The notes below the pieces were generated by a model. The model had not been told where the DNA came from, ran no database searches, and saw nothing but the letters and a program-made list of their open reading frames with translations. The position numbers and the translations under genes are program-made. This document shows, in pieces, positions 38,535 through 51,800 of a stretch of 64,000 bases of DNA (position 1 is its first letter; each line of letters starts with the position of its first letter). Origin of the DNA: Eledone cirrhosa (taxonomy: Eukaryota). The stretch lies in NCBI GenBank assembly GCA_964016885.1, contig OZ024752.1, forward strand, positions 7,750,001-7,814,000, written 5' to 3'.

Positions 38535-39764
38535 GTGAGTGAGTGTGTATATATATATATATATATATATCTGTGAGTGTGTATGTATGTATGTATATAT
38601 ATATATATCTGTGAGTGTGTATGTATGTATGTATATATATATATATCTGTGAGTGTGTATGTATGTATATATATATATATCTGTGAGTGTGTGTGCCTGT
38701 ATATATATATATATATATATATATTGTGTTGGTTTGTTTGTATATATATATGTATTATGCGTGTGTGTATATATATATTATACGTGTGTATATATATTAT
38801 ACGTGTGTGTATATATTATACGTGTGTGTATATATTATACGTGTGTGTATATATTATGTGTGGGTTTGTGAAAATACATTTAAAGAATTTCTGGTACTTC
38901 TGTCGTATCACGTCTTTCTTAAAACAGATGATGTTTATTCATTCTCTCTCTCTCTATCTCTCCCACTCTATCTCTCCCACTCTATCTTACTCTCTCTTCC
39001 TCCATCTCTATTTATCTGTCTCTCTATTTCTCTCTCTATCTATCTATCTCTCCCCCTCTCTCACAAACTCACATTCTACCTCCCCCTCTCTCAAACTCAC
39101 ACTCTGTCTCCCTCTCTCTCACCCTCCCTCTCCTAATATAAATATACATATGTATAATTTTATCTGTGTAGTAAGTATGTTGTGTATATTAATACCGACA
39201 CCAGCCCTCTTCCAGTGTGTTGATGGTGTATATTACTTGTTCAGCTAATATATACCTTCAACATTTATTCATATATGCATACACACATACATGCGTGTGT
39301 ATATATGTATGTATGTATATATATATATATAAATATTTCACCGTGCAACGGTGTGTCAGCTGTACTATATATATATATACATTCACATCCACACATTCAC
39401 ACACATATATATGTATATATATGTGTGGATGTGAATGTATGTGTATATATATATATATATATAATACAGCTGACACCGTTGCACGATGAAATATTTATAT
39501 ACACACATATATATATATGTGTGTATGTGTGTGTATTGTATATATTATATATGTATATTTATTCCACCGTGCAACGGTGTCTCAGCTGTACTATATATAT
39601 ATATACATACATACACACGTATATATAGGTGTATATATGTAGATTTTCCACCAACATTACCAAATCTACATCATAATTCTATCTTATATTTGCATGCATT
39701 TTTCTCCGTCTCGTTTGTGTAGAACGGGAGAAAGATGCCAGCTTTGTAGAATATAACCCCCCCC

Positions 39765-39802
<38 letters not shown>

Positions 39803-39837
39803 TTTGTTCTCTCTCTGTGTTTTGTTCGTTCATTTTC

Positions 39838-39885
<48 letters not shown>

Positions 39886-40411
39886 GAAAATGAACGAACA
39901 AAACACAGGATAGATTCACGCTTAGTGGAAGTAGGGGAGGTTTCAATATATATATATCTGTATATACCTCTGTGTATATGTGTAATATATATATATATAT
40001 ATTACACATATTTTACACAGTTTACTCAGCTGTAGAAATGAGATGATAGGGACTGGGGTCCATATCATTCCACTGCAAAGTGGTCATGGAGGTGCCACGG
40101 CAAAAAAGCACCCAGCACTCACTGTAAATGAGGTTGCTGTTAGGAAGGGCATCCAGCTGTAGAAATCAGCCAGCATCAGTTCCCGTCCTACCCTTGCAAG
40201 CAGGGAAAAAGCAGACGTAAAATGAAATGATGATGATGATGATATATATATATACACACACGCATTATATATTATATATATCAGTATCATTATGGAATAG
40301 ACCTCCCTCACTTTCAACAATGTGTGTTCCAGCCTGTTTAATTAGCGCGTGAATGACTGAGTATCCCATAGATACATGTTCCATTCAAGTAATTCTCTGG
40401 GAGATTCAGCT

Positions 40412-40732
40412 GGTCACAGTGTGTGACTAAACTGACCATCTGATTTGCAAGGACAGTCCATCCTACAACCATGTGTGACTAGACTGACCATTTAAATTCT
40501 AAGGACAGTCCATCCTAGCACAGTGTGTGACTAGACTGACCATCTGGATTCCAAGGACAGTCTATCCTGAGACTGTGTCACTAGACTGACCATTTAAATT
40601 CTAAGGACAGCCCAACCTAGCACAGTGTGTGACTAGACTGACCATCTGGATTCCAAGGACAGTCTATCCTGAGACAGTGTGTCACTAGACTGACCATTTA
40701 AATTCTAAGGACAGTCCATCTTACAACAGTGT
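40412..40732. repeat. ~51-bp tandem repeat with alternating variants
   Basis: GTGTGTGACTAGACTGACCAT...AAGGACAGTC, about 6 copies. Confidence 0.8.
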
Positions 40733-40784
40733 CCTTATAAAAGAGGTGAGAGAATTTTGGCCGGTTTAAATGGTAATGGGTTAA

Positions 40785-43700
40785 CCCTTTAGCAGCCGTA
40801 TCTGGCCAGAATTCTCTCACCTCTTTTTGTTCAAACTGTCTGTAACCAGCAACTCATACTGTTAAGATATTCTTCTCAAAATATATAATATCAAAATCTC
40901 ATATATTCAATATTGTGTGGGATAATTATGTAAGATAAAGTATATATAGAGTAATGTAAATGTTATGTGAGATATTATGTGAGGTAAAGCCTTTACTGTG
41001 AAAATACAATAGTATATATAGAGTAATGTAAATGTTATGCGAGATATTATGTGAGGTAAAGCCTTTACTATGAAAATACAATAGTATATATAGAGTAATG
41101 TAAATGTTATGTAAGATATTATGTGAGGTAAAACCTTTACTGTGACAATACAATAGTATATATAGAGTAATGTAAATGTTATGTGAGATATTATGTGAGG
41201 TAAAGTCTTTACTGTGAAAATACAATAGTATATATAGAGTAATGTAAATGTTATGTGAGATATTATGTGAGGTAAAGTCTTTACTGTGAAAATACAATAG
41301 TATATATAGAGTAATGTAAATGTTATGTGAGATATTATGTGAGGTAAAGTCTTTACTGTGAAAATACAATAGTATATATAGAGTAATGTAAATGTTATGT
41401 GAGATATTATGTGAGGTAAAGCCTTTACTGTGAAAATACAATAGTATATATATAGAGTAATGTAAATGTTATGTGAGATATTATGTGAGGTAAAGCCTTT
41501 ACTGTGAAAATACAATAGTATATATAGAGTAATGTAAATGTTATGTGAGATATTATGTGAGGTAAAGTCTTTACTGTGAAAATACAATAGTATATATAGA
41601 GTAATGTAAATGTTATGTGAGATATTATGTGAGGTAAAGTCTTTACTGTGAAAATACAATAGTATATATATATATAGAGTAATGTAAATGTTATGTGAGA
41701 TATTATGTGAGGTAAAGCCTTTACTGTGAAAATACAATAGTATATATAGAGTAATGTAAATGTTATGTGAGATATTATGTGAGGTAAAGCCTTTACTGTG
41801 AAAATACAATAGTATATATATAGAGTAATGTAAATGTTATGTGAGGTAAAGTCTTTACTGTGAAAATACAATAGTATATATAGAGTAATGTAAATGTTAT
41901 GTGAGATATTATGTGAGGTAAAGTCTTTACTGTGAAAATACAATAGTATATATAGAGTAATGTAAATGTTATGTGAGATATTATGTGAGGTAAAGCCTTT
42001 ACTGTGAAAATACAATAGTATATATATAGAATAATGTAAATGTTATGTGAGATATTATGTGAGGTAAAGCCTTTACTGTGAAAATACAATAGTATATATA
42101 GAGTAATGTAAATGTTATGTGAGATATTATGTGAGGTAAAGTCTTTACTGTGAAAATACAATAGTATATATAGAGTAATGTAAATGTTATGTGAGATATT
42201 ATGTGAGGTAAAGTCTTTACTGTGAAAATACAATAGTATATATATAGAGTAATGTAAATGTTATGTGAGATATTATGTGAGGTAAAGCCTTTACTGTGAA
42301 AATACAATAGTATATATAGAGTAATGTAAATGTTATGTGAGATATTATGTGAGGTAAAATCTTTACTGTGAAAATACAATAGTATATATAGAGTAATGTA
42401 AATGTTATGTGAGATATTATGTGAGGTAAAGTCTTTACTGTGAAAATACAATAGTATATATAGAGTAATGTAAATGTTATGTGAGATATTATGTGAGGTA
42501 AAGTCTTTACTGTGAAAATACAATAGTATATATATAGAGTAATGTAAATGTTATGTGAGATATTATGTGAGGTAAAGCCTTTACTGTGAAAATACAATAG
42601 TATATATAGAGTAATGTAAATGTTATGTGAGATATTATGTGAGGTAAAGCCTTTACTGTGAAAATACAATAGTATATATATAGAGTAATGTAAATGTTAT
42701 GTGAGATATTATGTGAGGTAAAGTCTTTACTGTGAAAATACAATAGTATATATAGAGTAATGTAAATGTTATGTGAGGTAAAGTCTTTACTGTGAAAATA
42801 CAATAGTATATATAGAGTAATGTAAATGTTATGTGAGATATTATGTGAGGTAAAGCCTTTACTGTGAAAATACAATAGTATATATATAGAGTAATGTAAA
42901 TGTTATGTGAGATATTATGTGAGGTAAAGCCTTTACTGTGAAAATACAATAGTATATATAGAGTAATGTAAATGTTATGTGAGATATTATGTGAGGTAAA
43001 GTCTTTACTGTGAAAATACAATAGTATATATATATAGAGAGTAATGTAAATGTTATGTGAGATATTATGTGAGGTAAAGCCTTTACTGTGAAAATACAAT
43101 AGTATATATAGAGTAATGTAAATGTTATGTGAGATATTATGTGAGGTAAAGCCTTTACTGTGAAAATACAATAGTATATATATAGAGTAATGTAAATGTT
43201 ATGTGAGATATTATGTGAGGTAAAGTCTTTACTGTGAAAATACAATAGTATATATAGAGTAATGTAAATGTTATGTGAGATATTATGTGAGGTAAAGTCT
43301 TTACTGTGAAAATACAATAGTATATATAGAGTAATGTAAATGTTATGTGAGATATTATGTGAGGTAAAGCCTTTACTGTGAAAATACAATAGTATATATA
43401 TAGAATAATGTAAATGTTATGTGAGATATTATGTGAGGTAAAGCCTTTACTGTGAAAATACAATAGTATATATAGAGTAATGTAAATGTTATGTGAGATA
43501 TTATGTGAGGTAAAGTCTTTACTGTGAAAATACAATAGTATATATATAGAGTAATGTAAATGTTATGTGAGATATTATGTGAGGTAAAGCCTTTACTGTG
43601 AAAATACAATAGTATATATAGAGTAATGTAAATGTTATGTGAGATATTATGTGAGGTAAAATCTTTACTGTGAAAATACAATAGTATATATAGAGTAATG

Positions 43701-44421
43701 TAAATGTTATGTGAGATATTATGTGAGGTAAAGTCTTTACTGTGAAAATACAATAGTATATATAGAGTAATGTAAATGTTATGTGAGATATTATGTGAGG
43801 TAAAGTCTTTACTGTGAAAATACAATAGTATATACAGAGTAATGTAAATGTTATGTGAGATATTATGTGAGGTAAAGCCTTTACTGTGAAAATACAATAG
43901 TATATATAGAGTAATGTAAATGTTATGTGAGATATTATGTGAGGTAAAGTCTTTACTGTGAAAATACAATAGTATATATATAGAGTAATGTAAATGTTAT
44001 GTGAGATATTATGTGAGGTAAAGCCTTTACTGTGAAAATACAATAGTATATATAGAGTAATGTAAATGTTATGTGAGATATTATGTGAGGTAAAGCCTTT
44101 ACTGTGAAAATACAATAGTATATATATAGAGTAATGTAAATGTTATGTGAGATATTATGTGAGGTAAAGTCTTTACTGTGAAAATACAATAGTATATATA
44201 GAGTAATGTAAATGTTATGTGAGGTAAAGTCTTTACTGTGAAAATACAATAGTATATATAGAGTAATGTAAATGTTATGTGAGATATTATGTGAGGTAAA
44301 GCCTTTACTGTGAAAATACAATAGTATATATATAGAGTAATGTAAATGTTATGTGAGATATTATGTGAGGTAAAGCCTTTACTGTGAAAATACAATAGTA
44401 TATATAGAGTAATGTAAAGGG
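40785..44421. mobile_element. MITE family 1 copy expanded by an internal 72-bp satellite (about 48 units)
   Basis: TTAA-CCCTTTAGCA at the left and AAAGGG-TTAA at the right; the unit matches the MITE interior. Confidence 0.85.
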
Positions 44422-44834
44422 TTAAGGGTTAAGGTTATAATGTGTCTGACCTTCTCAGCCATGGTTCATCTGTGATGAAACAAAACAACTAAAGTAGAAA
44501 TATCTTATAAAACAATAATTATTATTTGTTCTATATCAGTTATTATTATTTGTATTAATTAGGAGGGGGGGGGGTGATCTCATTTACATAAGTCTTTTAA
44601 TAAAAACATTTACATCTCTTGGAGATTACTTTAGAAAAATATTTCCAATAAATATCAATGGAAGTGATTAACCCTTTTATTACCACATTTCTAGTGAAAT
44701 ACACTCTATTTTAATTAATTAATGAAGAATATTGAGGGATTTACTAAAATTAGTAATTATTTCATTACTAAGATAGTAACTTAATGTAAGGTTCTTATAT
44801 AAAATTATGTTGGAAGATTTTAATTTAAATTAGA

Positions 44835-45836
44835 GACCTTTAAAATAGGTGACTTTATTTCATAGAACCAGAACTGGTTTTGGCCAGGTTGGTAACTAAA
44901 GGGTAAAATAGGAACTCTTTAAAATGGGTGGTTTTATTTGATAGAACCAGAGTATGGTTTGGCTGGGTTGGTAACTAAAGGGTTGAATAGGAACTCTTTA
45001 AAATGGGTGGTTTTATTTGATAGAACCAGAGCATGGTTTGGCTGGGTTGGTAACTAAAGGGTTGAATAGGAACTCTTTAAAATGGGTGGTTTTATTTGAT
45101 AGAACCAGAGCATGGTTTGGCCAGGTTGGTAACTAAAGGGTTGAATAGGAACTCTTTAAAATGGGTGGTTTTATTTGATAGAACCAGAGTATGGTTTGGC
45201 CAGGTTGGTAACTAAAGGGTAAAATAGGAACTCTTTAAAATGGGTGGTTTTATTTGATAGAACCAGAGTATGGTTTGGCTGGGTTGGTAACTAAAGGGTT
45301 GAATAGGAACTCTTTAAAATGGGTGGTTTTATTTGATAGAACCAGAGCATGGTTTGGCTGGGTTGGTAACTAAAGGGTTGAATAGGAACTCTTTAAAATG
45401 GGTGGTTTTATTTGATAGAACCAGAGCATGGTTTGGCCAGGTTGGTAACTAAAGGGTTGAATAGGAACTCTTTAAAATGGGTGGTTTTATTTGATAGAAC
45501 CAGAGTATGGTTTGGCTGGGTTGGTAACTAAAGGGTTAAATAGGAACTCTTTAAAATGGGTGGTCTTATTTCATAGAACCAGAGCATGGTTTGGCTGGGT
45601 TGGTAACTAAAGGGTTGAATAGGAACTCTTTAAAATGGGTGGTTTATTTGATAGAACTAACTGGTTTTGGCTGAGTTGGTAACTAAAGGGTTAAATAGGA
45701 ACTCTTTAAAATGGGTGGTTTTATTTGATAGAACTAACTGGTTTTGGCTGAGTTGGTAACTAAAGGGTTAAATAGGAACTCTTTAAAATGGGTGGTTTTA
45801 TTTGATAGAACCAGAACTGGTTTTGGCTAAAGAGTT
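44835..45836. repeat. 79-bp tandem repeat of the MITE family 2 terminus (about 12 units)
   Basis: Period 79 (GGAACTCTTT at 44911 and 44990); each unit ends in GGTAACTAAAGGG. Confidence 0.9.
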
Positions 45837-47111
45837 AATAAATGTGAGAGGACTAGCTGAATGTCTATGTTTATAGCTCCATATAATGTCAGGATCTTAG
45901 TAAGTCATCAGTTTTCTCTAAGGAATTGGTACGATCTAAACTAGTGTTTCTTAAACATTTGTTCTGTGATCAGTCTCCACATATGACTTGTATAAAGTAG
46001 TCTTCTGTATAACATAATATATTATGTAACAATTCACATCTTTATACTGATTTAATATTAATTTAGTATTACATATATTATGTAATAACTCACACCTTTA
46101 TACTGATTTAATATTAATTTAATATTATATATTATGTAATAACTCACATCTTTATACCAATTTAATATTAATTTAATATTACATATATTATGTAATAACT
46201 CACACCTTTATACTGATTTAATATTAGTAGTCTTCTGTATATCATATATTATGTAATAACTCATACATCATCATCATCATCATCATTTGTCTATCTTCCA
46301 TGCTAACATGGATTTAGATACCTTTATACTAATTTAATATTAATTTAATACTACATATATTATGTAATAACTCCCACCTTTATACTGATTTAATATTAGT
46401 AGTCTTCTATATAACAATTTATTACATAACGTTAGTCTTAGATTATTTTAATATTAGTACTCTAATTCACACCTTTATGCTAATCTAATGTTAATAATTT
46501 TTTAATACAACACATTAGCAGCTGTATATTAATTTAACATTGTCTGTATATAGCATAATATATAACATATGATATATTATATTATATAACATAATATATT
46601 ATATAACATAATATATTATATAACATATATTATATAACATAGTTTTCTTTTAATGTAATATATAGACACAGTGTGGACAATTGGTTCAGAAGTTCTCTTG
46701 ACAATTATGGGGGGGGGGGGGGGGGGTTAATTCCATTAATGGTATTTGGGGCATGTATTTATTATCACTTTAGATTGACCCAAGACTTGTGAGTGAAATT
46801 TGTTGAACAGAGACTGTTTGGAAGCCTGTCTGATATACTGTACTTCTAAGTGAAAGGTCTAGTTTTGTCACACTGGGTCAATATGATTGGAATACTCAGC
46901 CATTTATAAGCCTGTCATGTACTATGTCTGGAAGTGAAAGGTTCAGTCTTGTCACACACTGGGTCAATGTGATTGGAATACTTAGAATTACGTTAAAGGT
47001 AGACATGACTGTGGAATACTCAGCCATTTACCCACTAATTCCATTGACTGAACCTCTAGAAACTGACAGAGGTCCATTTTCTTATAGTTTTTAATGTATT
47101 AGACCCAAGAG

Positions 47112-47660
47112 ATAACTGTTTTTAGTGGGTCTGCGTTGCTGTTTTTAGTTGACCTGTGTTGCTGTTTTTAGTTGACCTCTGTTGCTGTTTTTAGTTGACC
47201 TCTGTTGCTGTTTTAGTGGACCTGTGTTGCTGTTTTTAGTTGACCTGTGTTGCTATTTTTAGTGGACCTAATTACTGATATAGTGGATCTCTGTTGCTAT
47301 TTTTAGTGGACCTATGTTGTTTTTAGTGGACCTATGTTGCTGTTTTTAGTGGACCTATGTTGCTGTTTTTAGTGGTCCTATGTTGTTTTTAGTGGTCCTA
47401 TGTTGTTTTTAGTGGACCTCTGTTGCTGTTTTAGTGGACCTATGTTGCTCGTTTTAGTGGACCTCTATTGCTGTTTTTGGTGAACCTGTGTTGCTGTTTT
47501 TCTGTGAAATCTTATGAAGTAGACCCAAGTGATAACTGTTTTTAGTGGACCTATGTTGCTGTTTTTAGTGAACCTGTGTTGCTGTTTTAGTTGACCTATG
47601 TTACTGTGTTAGTGAACCTATGTTGCTGTTTTTAGTTGACCTATGTTGCTGTTTTTCTCT
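47112..47660. repeat. ~22-bp minisatellite
   Basis: GTTGCTGTTTTTAGTGGACCTAT units. Confidence 0.85.
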
Positions 47661-48072
47661 GTGAAATCTTCCTGTTTATAATGTCTAATATCAATCACCC
47701 AACTGTAAACATAAAACAAGTTGTTGTTTTATCTTTATATATCAACTTGTATAATTCTTATTAAAATGTTGGCCTTGTAAATAAGTCCACTTCATTGCAT
47801 TGTCAAGGAAAGATGCTATCAAATTCGTTGAGTATTTCCTAAAATTAACACATTAAGTTAGTGTGTGGCTTAGTGGTTAGAGTGTTCAGTTGACAATGAT
47901 CAGGTCGTGAGTTCGATTCCCAGTCATACATTGTGTCTTTTTTTTTTAATAAAGATTTGTTTTGTTTTCTTTCATTGCTGTATTTCTAATGAAAGATATT
48001 GCCTTCGGAAATACTCACCTTTCTTACATAAAATTATAATGTACAGTTTTTAGATAGATATAAACACTTTAA

Positions 48073-48282
48073 CCCTTTAGCATTTAAACCGGCCATATCC
48101 GGTCAGAATTCTCCCTCAACTCTTTTTGTTCAAACTGGCCTTAACTAGCCACTCATACTAATGTTAAGGTATTGTTCTCAAAATAAATACTATCAAAATC
48201 TCATAGATTCGATATTATGTGAGGTAAAGCTTTAACTGTCAAAATATAATAGTAAATATAAAGTAATGTAAATGCTAAAGGG
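48073..48282. mobile_element. piggyBac-like MITE family 1
   Basis: TTAA TSD and CCCTTTAGCATTT TIRs. Confidence 0.8.
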
Positions 48283-48402
48283 TTAACCCTGTGTTATATC
48301 TTTACGCAGGAAACAACACACTTATTTAACTGTATAGAAAATTAAAAAAGAAATATCTTCTGGCATTATTCTATGTTTTTTTTTCTTATTTTTTCTTTGC
48401 AG

Positions 48403-48837
48403 ATTTCCTTTTAAAAAGGAATTTTACCTGAAGTGTGTGGCATTAACGTCAAGCTGTCATTGAGAATGGTATGGCAAAGACAGGCCAAGTCTGCTGGTGG
48501 CCGTTTGCTAGTTGTTATAGCATGATGATTCGATATCTTCCTGATTGATAGTCTTCCACACCATGGTGTAACTTGAGGATATTTCAGTGGAAAACGGCAA
48601 CCAGTTGCCTCCCACCATTTTCTTCTTTTCTGCCTTTCCCCACCAAAATACCAAAAGTATTGGCTCATTCTCCCTCTCTATGGATTTATTCTTAGATTTG
48701 AAATATAATCTTCACAGTTCAATACAAGTAGCTTTCAAACATTGCCTCAAACAAGGCATTTTTTCTTAGATAATATTGAATTTTAATCAAAAGTTCACAC
48801 AACTTTCTTTCATCTTGTCCCCTCTCTGCCTTTCAAC
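48403..48837 (+). other. Probable 5' UTR part of the ZNF coding exon
   Basis: Strong polypyrimidine acceptor ttttcttattttttctttgcAG ending at 48402, followed by unique sequence up to the ATG at 48838. Confidence 0.6.
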
Positions 48838-51800
48838 ATGGGTAAATCGTCTTTTGAATGTAATTTTTGCAACAAAGAATTCACAAATAGATCCAGATTA
48901 GATTCTCACCAGAGAATTCACACAGGAGAACGACCACATATCTGCAATCAATGTAATCGACCATTCCGGACAGCCTCTGATTTAAAAGTACACTTCCGCA
49001 CTCATACTGGAGAGAAGCCTTATAAATGTAACTTCTGTGACCAAGCATTTGCAGTTTCACGCAATCTCACTGCACATATACGTATTCATACAGGTGAGAG
49101 ACCATTTATCTGTTTGTTATGTAACAAGGCGTTCACACAGAAATCTGCACTTAATGTTCACTCCAGGATCCATACTGGTGATAAACCTTTCCAGTGCATC
49201 TTTTGTGCCAAACAGTTTGCATACTCTAACAGTTTGAAGATGCACCTACGTGATCATACACGTATTGAAAATGGCAATGACATTGATATCGATAGTGATA
49301 ATCAATCTGAAAGTATTGAGACCAACAAGATGATTAGCAACACAAGTGGTTCTATTAGAGGCAGACGTAAAAAGAATAACCATCGTAAAGCGGGTAGAAG
49401 CGGTAAAAACCAGGAGACTATCAAGGAATCAACTGCGTTGGGATTCTCGGATTATACCCAACCAGAGGAAGCGCCCTATACTTGTTCTATTTGTTCCCAA
49501 GGCTTCGACCAAATTGGGCTTCTAGCCAAACATTGGAAGTCTCACAATGAAGATACTGATTCTGAGAAGAGTGATGACAACGAACCTTTATTGGGAACTG
49601 CTAAGAAAGATGTTAATGGTTTTGGTTCACTGCCGACTAAAACACAAGATATTTTAAAAGAGGATGACTCACTTGTACCTGAATTAGAAAACCTTGTCAA
49701 TGAAGACAATGATGTTTGTCCAAAACCTGACAAAGATGATTCTTCACTTGCTGAGTTTACTGAGTCTTCTTCTATTTATTGTAACTTAAGAGAAAGTATT
49801 GCGAAATCCCTTGGTGCAATTCAGATTAGTAACGGACAGTGCCAAACAAGATCCAGAAATAAAGAGCACTCCGATGATCCTTCTAAACATTCTCAGTCAT
49901 CTACAAGTTGCCACTCTTCCAAATCGCCTTCTGTTAGTGCATCCAATACTGTGTTTGGTGCTAGATCCAAACAACTGCTTTCGAAAAGTCCAGTTGGTAG
50001 TCCGGCTAGTCAAGCCACTAAACATACCGACTCATTTGCTAAGAACTCGTCCAATGGTAGCCATTATGGGAATGTATCTATAAATTCTGTGAAAACTGAA
50101 GAAACTGTCAACGTTGTTTCAGAGAATATACTCTGTGTTAAGACAGAGAAAACATCTGCTGAGAATAAGTGGCAGAGTTGTCAGGCGTCCACCACCACAG
50201 GAGATAACCAAAGTGCTGAAATCACAGAATCATTGGTAAATAGTGCCTCAGCCAAGAATGAGCCCTCTTCTGCTGATACCTTTCCAAATGAAACCTCAGG
50301 CAATGGAATACCTGAGACTAATCTTGGAAAAGATGTCACAAAATCATCGTCATGCCTCATTCAGAATAAATTAGATATTGCTTCACTTTTTGATCAGGAT
50401 ATTTACACATCAGCTCTCAATGATGCCCTCAAGTCTCTTCCATCAACTGCTTCGCTATCAAACTCTTTCCTCTGTAACAACAACAACAATCACAACAGTA
50501 GTGATGAAAATAAAGAACCTCTTGTCTCTACACAAGAGATGACTGACTCTTTTATAAAGAAAGAAACAGAGACTACAGAAAGAGAATCTTTTTTACCCCT
50601 ACCCCAATCTCCTCAACAGGATGTGATGGCTTCTACCTCAATGCCGTCTATAATGTCGTTAATGGATCAATCAGAAATCGATATGTTATCGAACCCTACT
50701 GCTGCTATCTTGTCATCTAAATTATCTGAAAAATTTAAGACATACAAATGTACCCTTTGTGGTATGATATTATGTGAAGCTGAACTTTTTGTTGAACATT
50801 TAGGCAAACATTCTCGAAATGCCAATCCATTCATCTGCACCGAGTGTGGAAGACAATGCACTCGGCAGTATGATCTGAAGGTGCACACAAGAACACACAC
50901 AGGTGAAAGACCATACAAATGTCGGTTTTGTAAACGGGGTTTTGCCATTTCTCGCAATCTTGTGGCACATCTGCGTATCCACACTGGGGAGCGACCTTAT
51001 CAATGCACCACCTGCAATAAATCATTTACTCAACAAAGTGCACTGCGCACCCACAGCCGCATTCACACAGGTGAGAAACCGTATGTGTGTAAAAGCTGTG
51101 GGAAAACCTTCTCTTATTCTTATGTCCTCAACTCCCATGTACGAGATAACAAACTATACCGCTGCAATTATTGCCAGGGTATGTATATTGGCTGCTGCGC
51201 TATTAACCTGCACATGAAGTCACATGATGAAGACAAAGAATTAACAGAAAGTACTGCTGCTATTGAGGAGCTATCCTTCAGTGAGGACAATGCAGAGATA
51301 TTCAACGAGGAAACATTTCAAGAAATCAACAAAAAGTTGTCAAACTCAGCTGGGAAACCAAAGAACAAGAAGAATTCCAAGTCCAAAAAAAGAAAAGAAA
51401 AATTAAAATTGACTTCTCAGACGATTGATGTTACTGAGTCTATAGACTGCCACATTACCAATATCGACAATCCAGATCTTTGGACAAACACAGAGATGCT
51501 AGTAAAAATGGAGAATAATACTGAAGAATTCATTAAAAATGGTGAACATTTTGGTAATGTTGATCAATCTATATTTGGAAAAACAGGTCTACCAGACCAA
51601 TTGGGTTGTGATTCTCAGATTTTAAAAAATGGAGATGAACTTCAAGCACTTTATGTCGAGGACACAGAGATGCAGAAATACTTGCTGAACAGTGGAAATG
51701 TTGCCCCAAAGTGTTCTTCTCAAGAGGGCTTTGGTGGAAAATTAAGTTCTTATTTCAAATATGCTAAACACTTGTCGTTACAACATGAAGCCAAGATCTC

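Noticed and set aside
37357-39628. Many YI/CV/TH-rich ORFs (also at ~6.5, 17-18, 21 and 36 kb)
   Set aside because: Dinucleotide microsatellite translations.
31374-44395. ORFs with YFHSKGFTSHNISHNIYITLYILL repeats
   Set aside because: These are translations of the 72-bp MITE-derived satellite, repeatedly frameshifted by TA slippage.
47861-47935. tRNA-like sequence (TGGCTTAGTGGTTAGAG...GAGTTCGATTCCC)
   Set aside because: No pairing acceptor stem; it matches the head of the second SINE family.
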